Source: Nitrospirota bacterium (GTDB taxonomy: Bacteria; Nitrospirota; Thermodesulfovibrionia; UBA6902). Taken from it: DNA of 64,000 bases. The translations under genes and the position numbers were made by a program. The number at the start of each line of letters is the position of its first letter. Position 1 is the first letter of the stretch. Shown here one piece after another: positions 29,549 through 38,286 of this stretch. The DNA lies in NCBI GenBank assembly GCA_003354025.1, contig PIVU01000001.1, positions 2,435 to 66,434 of the forward strand, in the 5' to 3' direction. The notes under the pieces are model-generated. The model had not been told where the DNA came from. It did not search any database and was given only the letters and a program-made list of their open reading frames with translations.

Positions 29549-30526
29549 ATGAACGGATATGAAAAAGCAGCAGTTTTTCTTAGCTCAGTAGGAGAGGATG
29601 TAGCAGCCCAGATATTAAAGAATCTGGATCCCGATCAAATAGGTAAAGTATCTTCATGTATGTCGAAATTGAAGTCACCGGAACGTGGAGAAAGAGAGGG
29701 TGTGTTCCAGGAGGCATTGGAAAAGGTCGAGAGTGGTAACTTTCAGATAGGCGGTGAGGATTATGTGAAGAAGATACTTGAAAAAGGTCTCGGTGGTGAA
29801 GATGCTGAAAAAATACTCGAGATGGTTTCCAAAGAAAGTCCCCTTGAATCTTTAAAGTGGGTAAACGCCAAGACCCTGTCCGATTTCCTTGCATCTGAGC
29901 ACCCACAGACAACTGCGCTTATATTGTGTCTCCTGGAGCCGGAACAGGCAGCTCAAGTCATTATTAATATGCCGGAGAATCTGAGAAATGATATAGCTGC
30001 CAGGGTTGCTGCGACTGACCGCATCCCTGAATCCGCCCTTGAAGAAATTGAAGCGGTCCTTAAAGTGCAGCTTGATATGGGCAAACGTGATTCCAAAGAA
30101 TTTGACGGAACAAAAGCCATTGCTGAAATACTCAACCAGTGCAAAGGCGGAACAGACCAGGAAATTCTGGAGAGAATGGAAGAGGAGAATGCTGAACTGG
30201 CTGAATCAATCAGAGAACTCATGCTGGTATTTGATGACCTTGAAGAGATTGATGATAAAGGTATCCAGCTGATACTGAAAGAGCTTGGCACTGAGGAATT
30301 GTCTTTAGCATTAAAGACTGCACCGGAAGGGCTCAAAGAGAAAATATTCAGAAATATGTCACAGAGAGCGGTCAAGCTATTAAAGGAAGACATGGAAGCA
30401 AAGGGGCCTGTCAAAGTATCGGATGTTGAAAATGCACAGAAAGAGATTGTAAAGATAGCAAGAAAACTGAGTGATGAGGGTCAGATCATGATTGCCGGCA
30501 GGGGAAGTGAGGAGATGATTGTATAA
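29549..30526 (+). CDS. fliG: Flagellar motor switch protein FliG.
   Basis: Conserved FliG middle and C-terminal domains (EILERMEEENAELAESIRELM...). Confidence 0.9.
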   Translation: MNGYEKAAVFLSSVGEDVAAQILKNLDPDQIGKVSSCMSKLKSPERGEREGVFQEALEKVESGNFQIGGEDYVKKILEKGLGGEDAEKILEMVSKESPLESLKWVNAKTLSDFLASEHPQTTALILCLLEPEQAAQVIINMPENLRNDIAARVAATDRIPESALEEIEAVLKVQLDMGKRDSKEFDGTKAIAEILNQCKGGTDQEILERMEEENAELAESIRELMLVFDDLEEIDDKGIQLILKELGTEELSLALKTAPEGLKEKIFRNMSQRAVKLLKEDMEAKGPVKVSDVENAQKEIVKIARKLSDEGQIMIAGRGSEEMIV

Positions 30527-31136
30527 TAACAGAATCATAAAAAATAGTGATGCGGTCCCTTTCAGCATGCCATCATTAGAAGACGGCAGGCGGAGCAGGG
30601 ATGCGATATTAAAGGATGCAGAGAACATACAGCGTGGGGCTTATGAAGAAGGTTTTGTCTCTGGTGAAAAAGCAGGATTCTCTGAGGGTGAACAGAAGTG
30701 CTCTCTCTTAATAGAGCGGATTGAAAGAATAATAAGTGAACTAACCGTATTCAAAAGTAGTTATACTGTAGAAGTTGAAAGTCAGGTCGTTGACCTGGCG
30801 GTTGCTATAGCCAGGAGAATTATTATTGATGAAATTAACACTAAACCTGAAATTATTGTATCAATGGTAAAAGAGGCCTTAAAAAGGCTTCAGAGGGTAG
30901 GCAATATCAGGATTAAGATAAATCCTACACTTTATGATCTTTTTATGAAAATGAAACCCGAACTGCTGGAAGTACATGAGGACATTACTTTTGATGTCGA
31001 TTCAAATGTACCTGTTACCGGTCCTCTGGTAATAAGCGATATAGAAGAGGTTGTAACTGACATTGATTCCCTGATAGACAATGTCATGGAGGAGATGAAG
31101 GGGACTGCTCAGCCTGAAGCAGACCCTGAAGAGTAA
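30519..31136 (+). CDS. fliH: Flagellar assembly protein FliH. The N-terminal start is uncertain; the ORF track uses a non-ATG start that overlaps the fliG end.
   Basis: Size and position are as expected between fliG and fliI. The region from about residue 80 to residue 205 has a FliH-like sequence. Confidence 0.65.
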   Translation: MYNNRIIKNSDAVPFSMPSLEDGRRSRDAILKDAENIQRGAYEEGFVSGEKAGFSEGEQKCSLLIERIERIISELTVFKSSYTVEVESQVVDLAVAIARRIIIDEINTKPEIIVSMVKEALKRLQRVGNIRIKINPTLYDLFMKMKPELLEVHEDITFDVDSNVPVTGPLVISDIEEVVTDIDSLIDNVMEEMKGTAQPEADPEE

Positions 31137-31205
31137 AACTTTAATAATCTTTAGTTTGCACTTTCATGCACTCAGTAATTTAAACTGTAAGCAATAATTA
31201 ATATT

Positions 31206-32537
31206 ATGCCGACAATTGATCTCAGCCAATATTTAGCAAGCGTCAACAATATGGACCCTATCAAGGTTTATGGGCGAATAGTGGAGATCACAGGTCTTAC
31301 CATTAAAGCCACCGGACTTGACGTATGCATTGGAGAGTCATGCAGGATTTTCTCTGATCATGCTGAGCCTGTAGATGCTGAAGTAGTAGGATTCAAAGAG
31401 GGTAAAGTCGTACTTATGGCCACAGGTGAAATATCCGGAATAAGGCACGGCAGCAGGGTGTTATCCATGGGCAAGAATATATCAATCACTGTTGGTGATA
31501 ACCTCATCGGAAGAGTTATTGATGCCGCTGGTAATCCCATAGACGGGAAAGGGCCTATTGAAGGTACAAACTATCCACTTTTTGCATCATCTCCTAATCC
31601 ATTGAAGAGGCAGAGAATAAAGGAGCCTATGGATATAGGAATACGATCAATAAACGGCCTGCTTACATGCGGCAAGGGGCAGAGGACTGGCATAATGGCA
31701 GGCTCCGGTGTAGGAAAGAGTGTGCTGCTCAGCATGATTGCCAAATATTCCGAAGCCTCTGTCAATGTAATTGCGCTCATCGGTGAGCGTAGCCGTGAGG
31801 TAAGAGAATTTGTCGAGCAGAACCTCGGCGAAGAGGGGCTCAAAAAATCGGTCGTTGTTGTGTCAACATCAGATAAGGCCCCCCTGGCAAAAGTAAGGGG
31901 AGCATTTACCGCTACAGCTATAGCTGAATACTACAGAGACCGCGGCCTGGATGTCCTGCTTCTTATGGATTCACTGACCCGTGTTGCAATGGCCCAGAGG
32001 GAAATAGGTCTTGCAATCGGTGAACCTCCCACTACAAGAGGTTATACTCCTTCTGTGTTTGCTCTTCTGCCGAAACTGCTTGAACGGGTAGGGACATCAG
32101 AGGGAAAGGGCAGTATTACCGGACTATATACGGTGCTGGTTGAAGGAGATGATATGATGGAGCCCGTTGCGGATATGTCAAGATCCATACTTGACGGGCA
32201 CATTGTGTTGTCAAGGGACCTAGCTATGGAGAACCATTATCCCTGCATTGATATACTACAGTCAGCCAGCAGAGTCATGCCCCATATTATTGATGAAAAG
32301 CACAAAATTCAGGCAAGTAAATTTGTTGAAGTTCTTTCTACATACAAAAAGTTTGAAGACATGATTAATCTGGGTGCATACAAAAAAGGCGCTAACCCGA
32401 AAGTTGATTACGCAATTCAGGTAATTGAGAAACTCAAAAAGTACCTGAAACAGGATATGAATGAACTTATAGATTATGCGGACTCTGTTCAGGGTCTCTA
32501 TTTTGCATTTGACGAAGTGGAGCAAATAAATGCGTAA
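31206..32537 (+). CDS. fliI: Flagellum-specific ATPase FliI.
   Basis: Walker A GSGVGKS and a T3SS ATPase fold. Confidence 0.95.
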   Translation: MPTIDLSQYLASVNNMDPIKVYGRIVEITGLTIKATGLDVCIGESCRIFSDHAEPVDAEVVGFKEGKVVLMATGEISGIRHGSRVLSMGKNISITVGDNLIGRVIDAAGNPIDGKGPIEGTNYPLFASSPNPLKRQRIKEPMDIGIRSINGLLTCGKGQRTGIMAGSGVGKSVLLSMIAKYSEASVNVIALIGERSREVREFVEQNLGEEGLKKSVVVVSTSDKAPLAKVRGAFTATAIAEYYRDRGLDVLLLMDSLTRVAMAQREIGLAIGEPPTTRGYTPSVFALLPKLLERVGTSEGKGSITGLYTVLVEGDDMMEPVADMSRSILDGHIVLSRDLAMENHYPCIDILQSASRVMPHIIDEKHKIQASKFVEVLSTYKKFEDMINLGAYKKGANPKVDYAIQVIEKLKKYLKQDMNELIDYADSVQGLYFAFDEVEQINA

Positions 32538-32970
32538 GATAAACACTATATCAAAAATCCTGAAACTAAAAGATGGCAAGAAACAGGAAATCGAGATCGA
32601 AGTTAAAAAGGCGGCAGACAGGCTTGAAGAAGAAAAAAATAAACTCAAGAATCTTCAGAGTGACTATCAGACAAAGCTAAAACAGTTTAATGAAAATAAT
32701 GAAAGCGGTGCGCTGAATATCAATAAAATCAACTCCTATTATGAATACTTCGCAATGATAGACGGGAAGATAAAGGAGCAGAAACAATTTCACTTAAAGC
32801 GTAAGAAAGAGCTGGAGGTCATAAGGGAGCACCTGATCGATGCTCATAAAGATAAAAAAATGATGGAAATTTTAAAAGATAAAGCTGTGAAAGAAAATAT
32901 GAAAGAAAGAGAATTGTCCGCACGGAAAGAGGCAGACTATCTTGTATTAGCGAGGAAATTAAGATGCTAA
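32530..32970 (+). CDS. fliJ: Flagellar export protein FliJ.
   Basis: 146-aa coiled-coil protein overlapping the fliI stop. Confidence 0.7.
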   Translation: MRKINTISKILKLKDGKKQEIEIEVKKAADRLEEEKNKLKNLQSDYQTKLKQFNENNESGALNINKINSYYEYFAMIDGKIKEQKQFHLKRKKELEVIREHLIDAHKDKKMMEILKDKAVKENMKERELSARKEADYLVLARKLRC

Positions 32971-33410
32971 AAAAGCTTATAGTAATGGCAGGCATATTAT
33001 TCATATCATTTAATGTATATGCTCAGAGCGATGATGCAAGCAAGATAGAACAGCAGAGCCGGGAACTGGAGCAGAAACAGGAAGTCATAAAGAAGGAAAC
33101 GGCCAGGCTTCAGACCCTGAAACAGGAAGTGGAAGCAGACATTGCCAAATATACGGACCTGCTTAAACAGATTGAAAAGTCACTGAAAGAAGCTGAAAAC
33201 AAAGGCAACAAAAGGCTAAAGCATGTTGCTAAAGCATATGAAGCCATGCAGCCCGAGGACGCTGCGTCAAGACTTGCAGGACTGGATGATAAAACGGCTG
33301 TGAAGATATTACTAAAGATGAGTAGCAAAAAAGCCGGACTCGTGATAGGGAATATGCAGCCTGCAAAAGCTACCACATTGACAAAGCAGCTTGCCAAGCT
33401 GAAAAAGTAA
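32964..33410 (+). CDS. FlbB/MotE-like flagellar protein with a signal peptide and an MgtE_N-like domain.
   Basis: Signal peptide, coiled coil, and a C-terminal EDAASRLAGLDDKTAVKILLKMSSKKAGLVIGNM motif. Confidence 0.45.
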   Translation: MLKKLIVMAGILFISFNVYAQSDDASKIEQQSRELEQKQEVIKKETARLQTLKQEVEADIAKYTDLLKQIEKSLKEAENKGNKRLKHVAKAYEAMQPEDAASRLAGLDDKTAVKILLKMSSKKAGLVIGNMQPAKATTLTKQLAKLKK

Positions 33411-33428
33411 CAAGTTAATTTGTATGAC

Positions 33429-33458
33429 CCCTTCCTGGTAGCGGGAAGGGGTTTTTTG
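33429..33458 (+). terminator. Rho-independent terminator ending the flgB...flbB operon.
   Basis: CCCCTTCC-loop-GGAAGGGG stem followed by TTTTTT. Confidence 0.75.
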
Positions 33459-33473
33459 TTGTGCTGAAAAAAT

Positions 33474-33608
33474 GAACGTCCAACATCGAACATCGAACGT
33501 CCAACGTCGAATGAAAAACAAACATACAATACCGAACATTCAGCAATTACTCCTGTCTTTCTTTTTTTCATTCAACATTCAATGTTGGACGTTGGACGTT
33601 CGATGTTC
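33474..33608. repeat. Dyad-symmetric heptad-repeat array: five direct SAACRTC units, a 72-bp AT-rich spacer, and four inverted GAYGTTS units.
   Basis: GAACGTC CAACATC GAACATC GAACGTC CAACGTC ... AATGTTG GACGTTG GACGTTC GATGTTC, read directly from the sequence. Confidence 0.7.
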
Positions 33609-33737
33609 ATTTGTTCATCAAACATCCGGAAATTCTTGCCTCAACTAGGAAACAAAGTAATCATATTCGTTCTTCCATAAATTCTCAGATATTAAAATAA
33701 GCAAATTAAACAGGTAGTTAGAGGGTAAATTAGCTGC

Positions 33738-33752
33738 TGGCACGCCACTTGC
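33738..33752 (+). promoter_or_regulatory. Sigma-54 (-24/-12) promoter upstream of fliK.
   Basis: TGGCACgccacTTGC, an exact match to the GG-N10-GC consensus. Confidence 0.7.
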
Positions 33753-33764
33753 TTTATGTCGAGC

Positions 33765-35471
33765 ATGAACGTTTTCGGAACAAAGATGACAGCAGGCACC
33801 GAGTCACAGAAAATCAATCCTTTATTAGACCTGAACAAGATTGATATAAATGTAGGCGGAGGCTCCGGCTTTGATAAAGTCACCTTTGACTCACTCCTCA
33901 CCAGTCTGAAATCCGAAACCATTGACAGAAGTCCCGCCCCAAAAAATGATTATCATGCAGAGCAGGCAAAGAGAAATCAGGAGTATGCTGACAGGAATAA
34001 CTCAATTGGAAATAGAAGTGATGAGAAGCGGACTCAGGACAATAACAGGGACATTGAAAGGACTGACAAGACTGATGAGACGGGCAAGAGCAATGAATCA
34101 TACCGCGCAGAGACGGAGAGGCAAAAAACTAAATATGCAGATAGCAAGTCAAAATCGGATGAAAATGAAATAAGTACTGACTCCTCTGCAATTAATAAAG
34201 ATTCTGAGCAGTCCAATGAATCAAAAGAGAATGAGACATCTGAAGGCAATGCTGTCAAAATTGGTTCCCTCCTGTTTGAACTGGCAAATACTAAAACAGC
34301 AGAACTGACCAATGCCGCAGCAAACACTGAGGGCGCAGCAGCTGTAACAACAGATACAGAGCAGGAATCAGGTCAGGGTCTGAAAAACGGAGCATTACTT
34401 AATGAGCTGTTGAAAGGTAAAACTGATGAAACAGTAACGAACACATCAGCTAATGGAAAAGAGGCCCAGGGTCAGGCCGGATTGAAAGTCGGGGACTTGT
34501 TGAAGGACCTGGTTAATGCACAAGCTACTCAAGAAGGAAAAAACCAGGCAGAAGAAGCAAAAGGTGAAAATGCCAAGGCTATAAATACTGAAGCATTGAA
34601 AACAGAGAACGGTCTTAAAGTAGGAGAGCAGATTAAGACAACTGCTGATGTGAAAACCAATGGCATTGAGAAAGAACTGGCAAATGTTACGGCAAAGCAG
34701 ACTAATGCAGACAGCGAAATTACAGATACTGAAGTAGATGAATTGATTAAGAAGCTTGACAATAATGGTAATGCCGATAAAAAGTCTGATATTAAACAGG
34801 ACCAGGTTAAAGAACATAAACTGCAGGACTTTATGGCCCAGAAGGACACTCAGGAATCCAACAACGCAAAAGCCACAATCAGTAAAGTCCAGCCCGGAAT
34901 GGTTGAGAATTTATTCCGTGAAAGCGGAGTAAAGCCTAATGTTAACGCCACTGCAAAAACAGCCGGTGAAAATTCTGATACAAATAATATTAGTGCGTTA
35001 AGTGATGTCAGCGCAAAAAGCGGCGGTTCTAAAATTAATGCAGCATCTCCAACTGGAACTATTGCAAAGCCTTCAGGTTTTGCCGATGTTGTTAATAAGA
35101 TTGTATACGTAGCCAAGGGCGACAACAAACTGGGTGTAACTGTTGAGCATAAGGACCTCGGACAGCTCAATATAAAGCTGAGCCTTGAAAAAGGTGTTGT
35201 CAATGTCCACATTAACACGACTGATAAGGCTGCAAGAGAATTTGTTGAAAGCAATGTACAGCAGCTGGTCGACTCCCTCTCAAAGAACGGTGTCAGCATA
35301 GGAGGGTTCTCGGTAGGGTTAAAGAACCAGCAGCAGCATCAAGGGTTCTCAAATAATAATTCGAATAAAAACGATAAGGCTTTTTCCATTAATGGAATAG
35401 AGCAGCAGGAATATTCAAAGGCCGCCGCTAATGTCTATAGCAATAATGGCCGGGTGAGTGTATTCGCATAA
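33765..35471 (+). CDS. fliK: Flagellar hook-length control protein FliK. The start is uncertain: the ORF-track ATG at 33756 lies inside the -12 promoter element.
   Basis: Long, low-complexity acidic/Thr-rich N-terminus and a conserved C-terminal FliK domain (GVTVEHKDLGQLNIKLSLEKGVVNVHINT). Confidence 0.75.
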   Translation: MNVFGTKMTAGTESQKINPLLDLNKIDINVGGGSGFDKVTFDSLLTSLKSETIDRSPAPKNDYHAEQAKRNQEYADRNNSIGNRSDEKRTQDNNRDIERTDKTDETGKSNESYRAETERQKTKYADSKSKSDENEISTDSSAINKDSEQSNESKENETSEGNAVKIGSLLFELANTKTAELTNAAANTEGAAAVTTDTEQESGQGLKNGALLNELLKGKTDETVTNTSANGKEAQGQAGLKVGDLLKDLVNAQATQEGKNQAEEAKGENAKAINTEALKTENGLKVGEQIKTTADVKTNGIEKELANVTAKQTNADSEITDTEVDELIKKLDNNGNADKKSDIKQDQVKEHKLQDFMAQKDTQESNNAKATISKVQPGMVENLFRESGVKPNVNATAKTAGENSDTNNISALSDVSAKSGGSKINAASPTGTIAKPSGFADVVNKIVYVAKGDNKLGVTVEHKDLGQLNIKLSLEKGVVNVHINTTDKAAREFVESNVQQLVDSLSKNGVSIGGFSVGLKNQQQHQGFSNNNSNKNDKAFSINGIEQQEYSKAAANVYSNNGRVSVFA

Positions 35472-35532
35472 TGGATAAAGCAATAATTATTGAGATGAAT
35501 ATAAAACAAATATCATTTCAGGTGGAGGGAAC

Positions 35533-36216
35533 ATGGAAATAGACGGAGTAAAAAGTATTGATCTAAATCCCCAAACACAGGGGTACGGGAAACAGACGCT
35601 TAGTCAGGATGACTTCATGAGGCTTCTTCTTGAGGAGCTGAGCCATCAGGACCCGCTGAATCCTATGGACAGTAAGGAATTTACAGTACAGATGACACAG
35701 TTCAGCACTCTGGAAGGGATCAATAATATGACTAAGTCCCTTGGGGGTATTGACGATATTAATCTAAATCTGGAGAACCTCCTTGCCTATCAACAGTCAA
35801 TGCAGAACGCTACGGTCACAAACATGATTGGAAAGACGGTCAAGATGGACGGCAGCTTCTCTCATTTAGGTGAGACAGCTAACATGAATTATGACCTGCC
35901 GGAGGATGCCGCAACTGTGAGGATCGTAATAAGAAATACAGCCGGTGAAGCAGTGTATGCAGAAGACCTTGGTCCGCAGACTGCCGGAAGCAATAAGCAC
36001 GTCTGGGATGGAACTGATGCGTCTGGTGAGAAACTGGATGAAGCTACTTATACGTTTGATATAGAGGCACGTAATGATTCAGGTAAACTGGTTACCGCAG
36101 AGACCCACAGTTCAGGACATGTAACAGGGGTCACATATGAGAACGGACTGGCATATCTTATCCTTGACAACTCAACAAGGGTGGACGTCAGTGATGTTAA
36201 AACAATAGAAGAGTAA
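35533..36216 (+). CDS. flgD: Flagellar hook capping protein FlgD.
   Basis: QDDFMRLLLEELSHQDPLNPMDSKEFTVQMTQFSTLEG, the FlgD N-domain. Confidence 0.9.
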   Translation: MEIDGVKSIDLNPQTQGYGKQTLSQDDFMRLLLEELSHQDPLNPMDSKEFTVQMTQFSTLEGINNMTKSLGGIDDINLNLENLLAYQQSMQNATVTNMIGKTVKMDGSFSHLGETANMNYDLPEDAATVRIVIRNTAGEAVYAEDLGPQTAGSNKHVWDGTDASGEKLDEATYTFDIEARNDSGKLVTAETHSSGHVTGVTYENGLAYLILDNSTRVDVSDVKTIEE

Positions 36217-36281
36217 TTAGTTGAATTTAAATTAATAGAGATAAGACTATAGATAAATATATATAAAAGGGAGGAAGTAAC

Positions 36282-37640
36282 ATGAGTGTAACATCAATGT
36301 TTACAGCAGTCAGTGGAATGAACACCAATGCCACATCACTTGGAGTCGTTGGTGACAATGTAGCCAACATGAATACCCACGGGTTCAAATCAAGCTCGGT
36401 AGTATTCGCTGATATTGTCAGTTCACAAGGAGGATCAAACAGTATTGGTAGAGGCGTGCGTATAAATGAAGTCGGTCAGGAGTTTTCACAGGGCGCTTTT
36501 GAGAACACCCCTAATGTCCTGGACATGGCTATAGATGGTGACGGTCTGTTCGTTGTTAAGAAAGATAGTAATACATTTTATACAAGGGCAGGGCAGTTTG
36601 GTATTGACAAGCTGGGTTATGCCACCAATCCCAACGGTTTTGTTCTACAGGGTTATCAGTTTGATGTTCAGGGCAATTCATCTACTGTTGTCGCTGATGT
36701 TAATGTTGCTTCAATTAGTAGTACGCCGAATGCTACAACGGCTTTAAGTGTATATGCAAACCTGGACTCGACTGAAGTGACACCGGCAGCATTTGACGTT
36801 ACAGATCCTTCAACTACATCCAATTTTACCAGCACAATTACGGTTTTTGATTCGCTGGGTACTTCTCACGTTCTTAATATTTACTATAGGAAGGGACAGA
36901 CTATAGCAGGGGCTGGTACTCCTGCCAACGGTGGTACAGAAGCGGGTGGAGGAGCTACATGGCCAGTAGGATATGGAGCGATAGGAGGAAGCGAATGGGA
37001 ATGGTATGGTGTTGTAAGTGCCGCAGATGCAACTTCCGGTGTAGATACAGTTATGGCTCAGGGAAGACTGGAATTTAATACGGATGGAGCTCTTTATTAC
37101 GGTCAAACTCTTACGTCTCCAACAGGAGGATTTGATTTTGCAGGAGGAGCTACACAGAACCAGGCTATTACTACTGATTTCGGAGACGATATTGCCTTTG
37201 ATGCGACACTGGGACTTGAAGGAACAACGCAATTCGGCGCCGTATCTACCACAGCATTTCTTGATCAGGACGGCTATTCCTCCGGTACATTGAAAAGTTT
37301 AAGTATTGACAGTGAAGGTTTTATGTCAGGTGTTTTTACAAATGGTCAGACCAAGACAATTGCGCAGGTCGTTCTCGCGAAGTTCATATCTCAGGAGAGC
37401 CTCATAAAAACAGGTAAGAGTCTATATGCAGAGTCATTTGGATCAGGTCAGCCGATCGTTACAGCCCCGGGAAACTCAGGTACAGGTGAAATCCTCTCAA
37501 ATACACTTGAGCTGAGCAACGTTGATCTTGCCGGAGAATTCGTAAAAATGATTATCCTGCAGCGTGGATTCCAGGCCAACTCAAGGATGGTATCCACATC
37601 TGATGAACTTTTGCAGGAACTTGTTAATTTGAAGAGATAA
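36282..37640 (+). CDS. flgE: Flagellar hook protein FlgE.
   Basis: N-terminal flagellar rod/hook motif (MSVTSMFTAVSGMNTN...VANMNTHGFK) and the C-terminal ELVNLKR motif. Confidence 0.9.
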   Translation: MSVTSMFTAVSGMNTNATSLGVVGDNVANMNTHGFKSSSVVFADIVSSQGGSNSIGRGVRINEVGQEFSQGAFENTPNVLDMAIDGDGLFVVKKDSNTFYTRAGQFGIDKLGYATNPNGFVLQGYQFDVQGNSSTVVADVNVASISSTPNATTALSVYANLDSTEVTPAAFDVTDPSTTSNFTSTITVFDSLGTSHVLNIYYRKGQTIAGAGTPANGGTEAGGGATWPVGYGAIGGSEWEWYGVVSAADATSGVDTVMAQGRLEFNTDGALYYGQTLTSPTGGFDFAGGATQNQAITTDFGDDIAFDATLGLEGTTQFGAVSTTAFLDQDGYSSGTLKSLSIDSEGFMSGVFTNGQTKTIAQVVLAKFISQESLIKTGKSLYAESFGSGQPIVTAPGNSGTGEILSNTLELSNVDLAGEFVKMIILQRGFQANSRMVSTSDELLQELVNLKR

Positions 37641-37658
37641 TATAGTACCCTCTTACTT

Positions 37659-37728
37659 ACCTCCCCCCCCCCAACGGATCGGGGGAGGTTAGAGGGAGGA
37701 TGATCTAGGCAGTCATCCTCCCTCTACC
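37659..37728. repeat. Two adjacent GC-rich stem-loops with a C10 homopolymer, downstream of flgE.
   Basis: ACCTCCCCC(C10)...GGGGGAGGT and the perfect 14-bp stem TAGAGGGAGGATGA / TCATCCTCCCTCTA. Confidence 0.6.
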
Positions 37729-37773
37729 CCCCACCTTTAAATCAATTGCGAATTATGAATTACGAATAAAGAC

Positions 37774-37793
37774 AAAAAAAAAGGCTCAGAGCC
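37774..37793 (-). terminator. Possible weak intrinsic terminator for the two-CW gene, read on the minus strand.
   Basis: Minus-strand GGCTCTGAGCC followed by T9. Confidence 0.3.
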
Positions 37794-37832
37794 TTGCTCG
37801 AACCTTCGTTGAATTGGAATGTCTTTTCAGTC

Positions 37833-38144
37833 TTATTTTGCTGATGCGTGGTAGATTTGCCCGGGTTTCAGGAGGACAAAGTTGTCGGCCCCTTCTTCGG
37901 TTTTGATCTGCTTGAATACTTCACAGGACATGCATGATACTGACTTCTGGGCAAAATCACCCTGTACCTTGTCGCCGCAAAAAGTGCCTGCTATGGCCCA
38001 GCATATACGTCCCGCATTGTTGCCGCCGTTGATTCCGTCACATGAAGAATCGGTGGTGGCCGGGCATATACCTAGTTCGGAATTTTTATTCCCGCCGGGT
38101 TCTCTTCCGCACTTTTTAATGTCCCAGCAATTAACGTTTGACAT
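37833..38144 (-). CDS. Small cysteine-rich 'two-CW' domain protein.
   Basis: Two CW-containing cysteine motifs: NCWDIKKCG and CWAIAGTFCG...CMSCEVF. The RBS, AAGGAGG, sits 6 nt upstream of the ATG. Confidence 0.6.
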   Translation of the reverse strand: MSNVNCWDIKKCGREPGGNKNSELGICPATTDSSCDGINGGNNAGRICWAIAGTFCGDKVQGDFAQKSVSCMSCEVFKQIKTEEGADNFVLLKPGQIYHASAK

Positions 38145-38200
38145 TGTTCCCCTCCTTTCAAAAAACTAAAAAAAACTGTTACAGAAAGTCTATATAATTA

Positions 38201-38228
38201 TTATCGGAACAACAATAATAATTCTTTA
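38201..38228 (-). promoter_or_regulatory. Candidate sigma-28 (FliA) promoter for the two-CW gene.
   Basis: Minus strand reads TAAAG-N15-TCCGATAA. The same geometry appears upstream of flgM and of the che operon. Confidence 0.45.
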
Positions 38229-38236
38229 ACCAACCC

Positions 38237-38285
38237 CTGACAACTGACTACTGATAACTGGCTACTAACGTATTAAGAATACGTT
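38237..38285. repeat. Four tandem CTGRYWA heptads followed by the perfect palindrome AACGTATT-aag-AATACGTT.
   Basis: CTGACAA CTGACTA CTGATAA CTGGCTA, then the 8-3-8 inverted repeat, which ends 2 nt from the cheB stop. Confidence 0.65.
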
Positions 38286-38286
38286 C

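Noticed and set aside
33474-33608. Considered whether the heptad arrays are a CRISPR array.
   Set aside because: The units are 7 bp, degenerate, contiguous and without spacers. No cas genes are present. This is not CRISPR.
37659-37728. Considered whether the GC-rich hairpin region is a tRNA or tmRNA fragment.
   Set aside because: The stems are far too long (9 and 14 bp) and there is no cloverleaf or T-loop consensus (GTTCRA). The element does not look like a tRNA.
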